A stretch of 64,000 nucleotides of DNA from Paraspadella gotoi (taxonomy: Eukaryota > Animalia > Chaetognatha), in contig CM119268.1 in assembly GCA_051294375.1 (NCBI GenBank), forward strand, positions 7,979,468 through 8,043,467, read 5' to 3'. Below the pieces are notes generated by a model. That model saw nothing but the letters and a program-made list of their open reading frames with translations. It had not been told where the DNA came from and did not search any database. The position numbers and the translations under genes are program-made. Below, piece after piece: positions 61,287 through 64,000 of this stretch. Position 1 is the stretch's first letter, and every line of letters begins with the position of its first letter.

Positions 61287-62619
61287 AGAGAGAGAACGAG
61301 AGAGAGATCGAGAGAGAGAGAGAGAGATTGCGGAAAAAACCGGGTTAGCTCGTTTTCCGTCAGACTTCCTCTGCTTATTTGTGCGATGTTAATTTCATTC
61401 ATTTCTTCAATCTTTGATTCATTATTTCAAAAAGTTCTTCATTCATCAATTACATTATAATACATTCTTTCTTCAGTTTTTTTCATTCGATTCTTAAACA
61501 AGATCACGTTTTCTGCCCACGAAGTCGATCCTTTTTTGATCTACATCTTGGATGCATCCGACGGCGAGAGAAGTCATCAGCTCCATGAAAAGAAGCCTGC
61601 ATCATCATCATCATCTTCAACATCATCTTCCCCATCTTCATCCACATCAACATCGCAGCGATCGATTGAAAACCCAATCTTTTTTTTGTTTTGCCAGTGA
61701 GAGAATCAGCAACGAAAAACGAAACAAAACATTAAAAAAAAACTTTTCACCGAAAACAGATGATCGAAAAAAAAATCGTGTTACTATAAAATTTCAAAAA
61801 TGCGTTTTTAAGCCACGCGTTACATAAGAAGTTATTAATAATTACTTCAAGTACCATTTGAAAAGGTATTGAAAAGATGTTGAAACCAGATTTGAAAGAT
61901 CTCAAAAGAGTCAAACGCTCGACCAACTTGGAGACCAATCAAGACGTCCGCTGGCTCAAAGACATCCTTCACAACTCCCACGGTATCTCTTTAAAATCTC
62001 TTTGATATTTTAGTTTTTAACTTTGAATTTGTTTGTTTCCATACGTTCTTTGCAACGAGCTTCATCATCAGGCAGATTGAGTCCTTCTGCGACTCTCAGC
62101 TGTTCGCGTTGCAGGTGGACGTTTAATCGTTCCGCCCGATTGCGACGTTGGAATTTGGACGCAAAAGTTAATCTGTTTTTCGGACGAAGATTGACGATCA
62201 CGAAGATAGCGACGATGATACAGAACATAGAATTCGAGGATGATAGCGACGATGACGAATGATGATGATGACAATGAGAGACAACCACGAGAGCAATGGA
62301 GTCGACGACGACGAAGGAGACAAACACAACGACGACAACAACGACAACGAAGCCGATAAAACTGTAAATCTCAAGCTTTAAGTCGATTAGCTCGTGGTGG
62401 TCGACAACAAAAAACAAAAAACAAAAAAACAAACGAAAACTTTTGAGTCAGCCATAAAACGACGACGAAGACAACGACAACAACGACAGAAATGAAGCCA
62501 ACGAGAACAAAGAGGACAACAACAAAGACAACAACAACAGAAAATAGTGACGAAATAACAACGGAATTCGATGACGAAAACGAATGATCATTCGAATAAA
62601 AAGTTGCGCCTGTTTCCGA

Positions 62620-62780
62620 GAGACAAGACGGATTAGAGAGGGGGCGCTGGAGGCGGCGAGACCGGCGCCATCTCAACCGGAAGTCGGGTGACGCGTCGGC
62701 GACACGACCGTCTTTTTTTTCGTGGGCGACACTTCCGCTTCAAGGCGTGACACGGTGGCGTCGGAGACGGAAATCACGGC
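62620..62780 (+). promoter_or_regulatory. CpG-rich housekeeping-type promoter upstream of the WD40 exon
   Basis: ETS core CCGGAAGT (62677-62684), a second inverted ETS ACTTCCG (62731-62737), and a YY1/CTCF-like GCGCCATCT (62665-62673). Confidence 0.5.
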
Positions 62781-62800
62781 GCATCTTCTCTCTTCTCACC

Positions 62801-62844
<44 letters not shown>

Positions 62845-62981
62845 CTCTCTCTCTCTCTCTCTCTCTCTCACGGGCAAAGTCATTTCGATTTTCATTATCT
62901 CATTCATCATTCTCCCCTTTTTTTCCATCCTCTTCTCTCTCTACCTTTCCCTCCCCCACTTCCTCCCCCCTTTCCCGGCAG

Positions 62982-63131
62982 AGGGCGTCCGTCGCCTCGC
63001 CCCTCTTCGTCGCATCGAGCGCCATCGCGGTTGCGTCAACTCCGTGGCGTGGAACTTGGAAGGAACGCGCCTTCTATCGGGCAGCGACGATAAGTGCCTT
63101 TGCATCGCCGACGCCTTCCAACCCAAGCACA
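62982..63131 (+). CDS. Exon encoding the first WD40 repeat of a DDB1-CUL4-associated factor (DCAF6/DCAF8/WDTC1 family; most like DCAF6)
   Basis: GVRRLAPLRRIERHRGCVNSVAWNLEGTRLLSGSDDKCLCIADAFQPKH matches the family motif RL......H.GCVN...WN..G..(L/I)LSGSDD. There is a pyrimidine tract + CAG acceptor at 62979-62981. The probable donor is GTGGGT at 63132 (3' boundary less certain). Confidence 0.82.
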
Positions 63132-63404
63132 GTGGGTTCATTGGGGGAGGAGATGTTTTGCACACTGTGCAGTGTCTCGTAGGGTATTGATAGGTAGAAG
63201 ACTGGGCGATTGAAAAAGGTTGGCGTAAAATTAATCGGAAAAAAAGATATATGTATAAAACAACATTTTAACCATGAATGTTGAGCGGATTAGTTTAATC
63301 TCGACTACTGGCTTTGACAACAATCTGATTTATGTTACCTTTGGTGGGGAAAATAACGGGGCGGGTAAGGGAAGAGAGAGGGAGACGCAGACGAAGACGA
63401 GAGA

Positions 63405-63442
<38 letters not shown>

Positions 63443-64000
63443 GAAAAGGAAAGAGTTAGGGGAGGAGGAGGCGAGAAACCAAAGGGCTAAGGGGAAGACG
63501 ATTCCAAAAACGTAGATGAAGAAAACTGTGACAAGAATTAATAGTGGAGATTGTGAAACGGGGACAGTATAATGTATGATTAAAAATAGAGTGGCTCAAC
63601 CGAAATGATTGAAATATGGAAAGTTTGAAACGTTAAGCAGGAGAAGAAAGGTAATCGGTGAAAAAAGGAAAGAAATAGAAAAAGGGAGGAAGAGGGGAAG
63701 AGATTTCCGAGAAGGGGGTCAGTGAAAAGGGAGTGGGAGCGGGAAGAAAGAGAGAGAAAGAAGGGTAGTGAAATAAAGGGGGTGATTGATTGTAAAAGAG
63801 GAAAGGGAGTAGAAGACAGTAATAGGGGAAAAGAGAGAAGCAAAACCGGGAAGAGAGAACGATAAAAAAAGAGAAAAGAGAGGAACAGAGAGAAGAGAGA
63901 GAGAGTGGAACTAGACAGGAGACAGTAGACAAGGCGGTGTCCATTTGCTTCCAAAGTCGACGTCGACGACTTTTTCATTTTTTACTTCATAAACCTTTAA

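Noticed and set aside
62095-62155. C2H2 zinc finger (CSRCRWTFNRSARLRRW)
   Set aside because: The C-x2-C-x3-F-x5-L spacing fits, but both histidine ligands are absent.

Overview
AT-rich, microsatellite-dense eukaryotic DNA from an animal (bilaterian). It comes from a gapped hybrid-type assembly with many N gaps and stretches that look like indel-noisy long-read fill. Most ORFs in the track are spurious (low complexity or gaps). Best-supported content: (1) two minus-strand exons of a galanin/allatostatin-A-type class A GPCR (N-terminus+TM1 at 15317-15536; TM1-end to TM3-start at 3807-3988). The end of the upstream exon falls in a 25-N gap but can be read from a noisy inverted copy at 14775-15015. 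(2) A plus-strand WD40 exon of a DCAF6/DCAF8/WDTC1-family gene at 62982-63131, downstream of an ETS/YY1-type CpG-rich promoter. (3) A minimal type I hammerhead ribozyme of the Penelope-associated kind at about 50424-50473. (4) An unassigned, strongly foldable GC-rich island of about 220 nt at 47629-47851, a candidate ncRNA. (5) Tandem repeats with units of about 18, 30, 33, 70 and 82 bp, plus two multi-kb tandem duplications that are most likely haplotype or gap-filling artefacts. No CRISPR array, tRNA, rRNA or intact transposon ORF was found. I cannot support a claim of a novel multi-gene system from this sequence alone.
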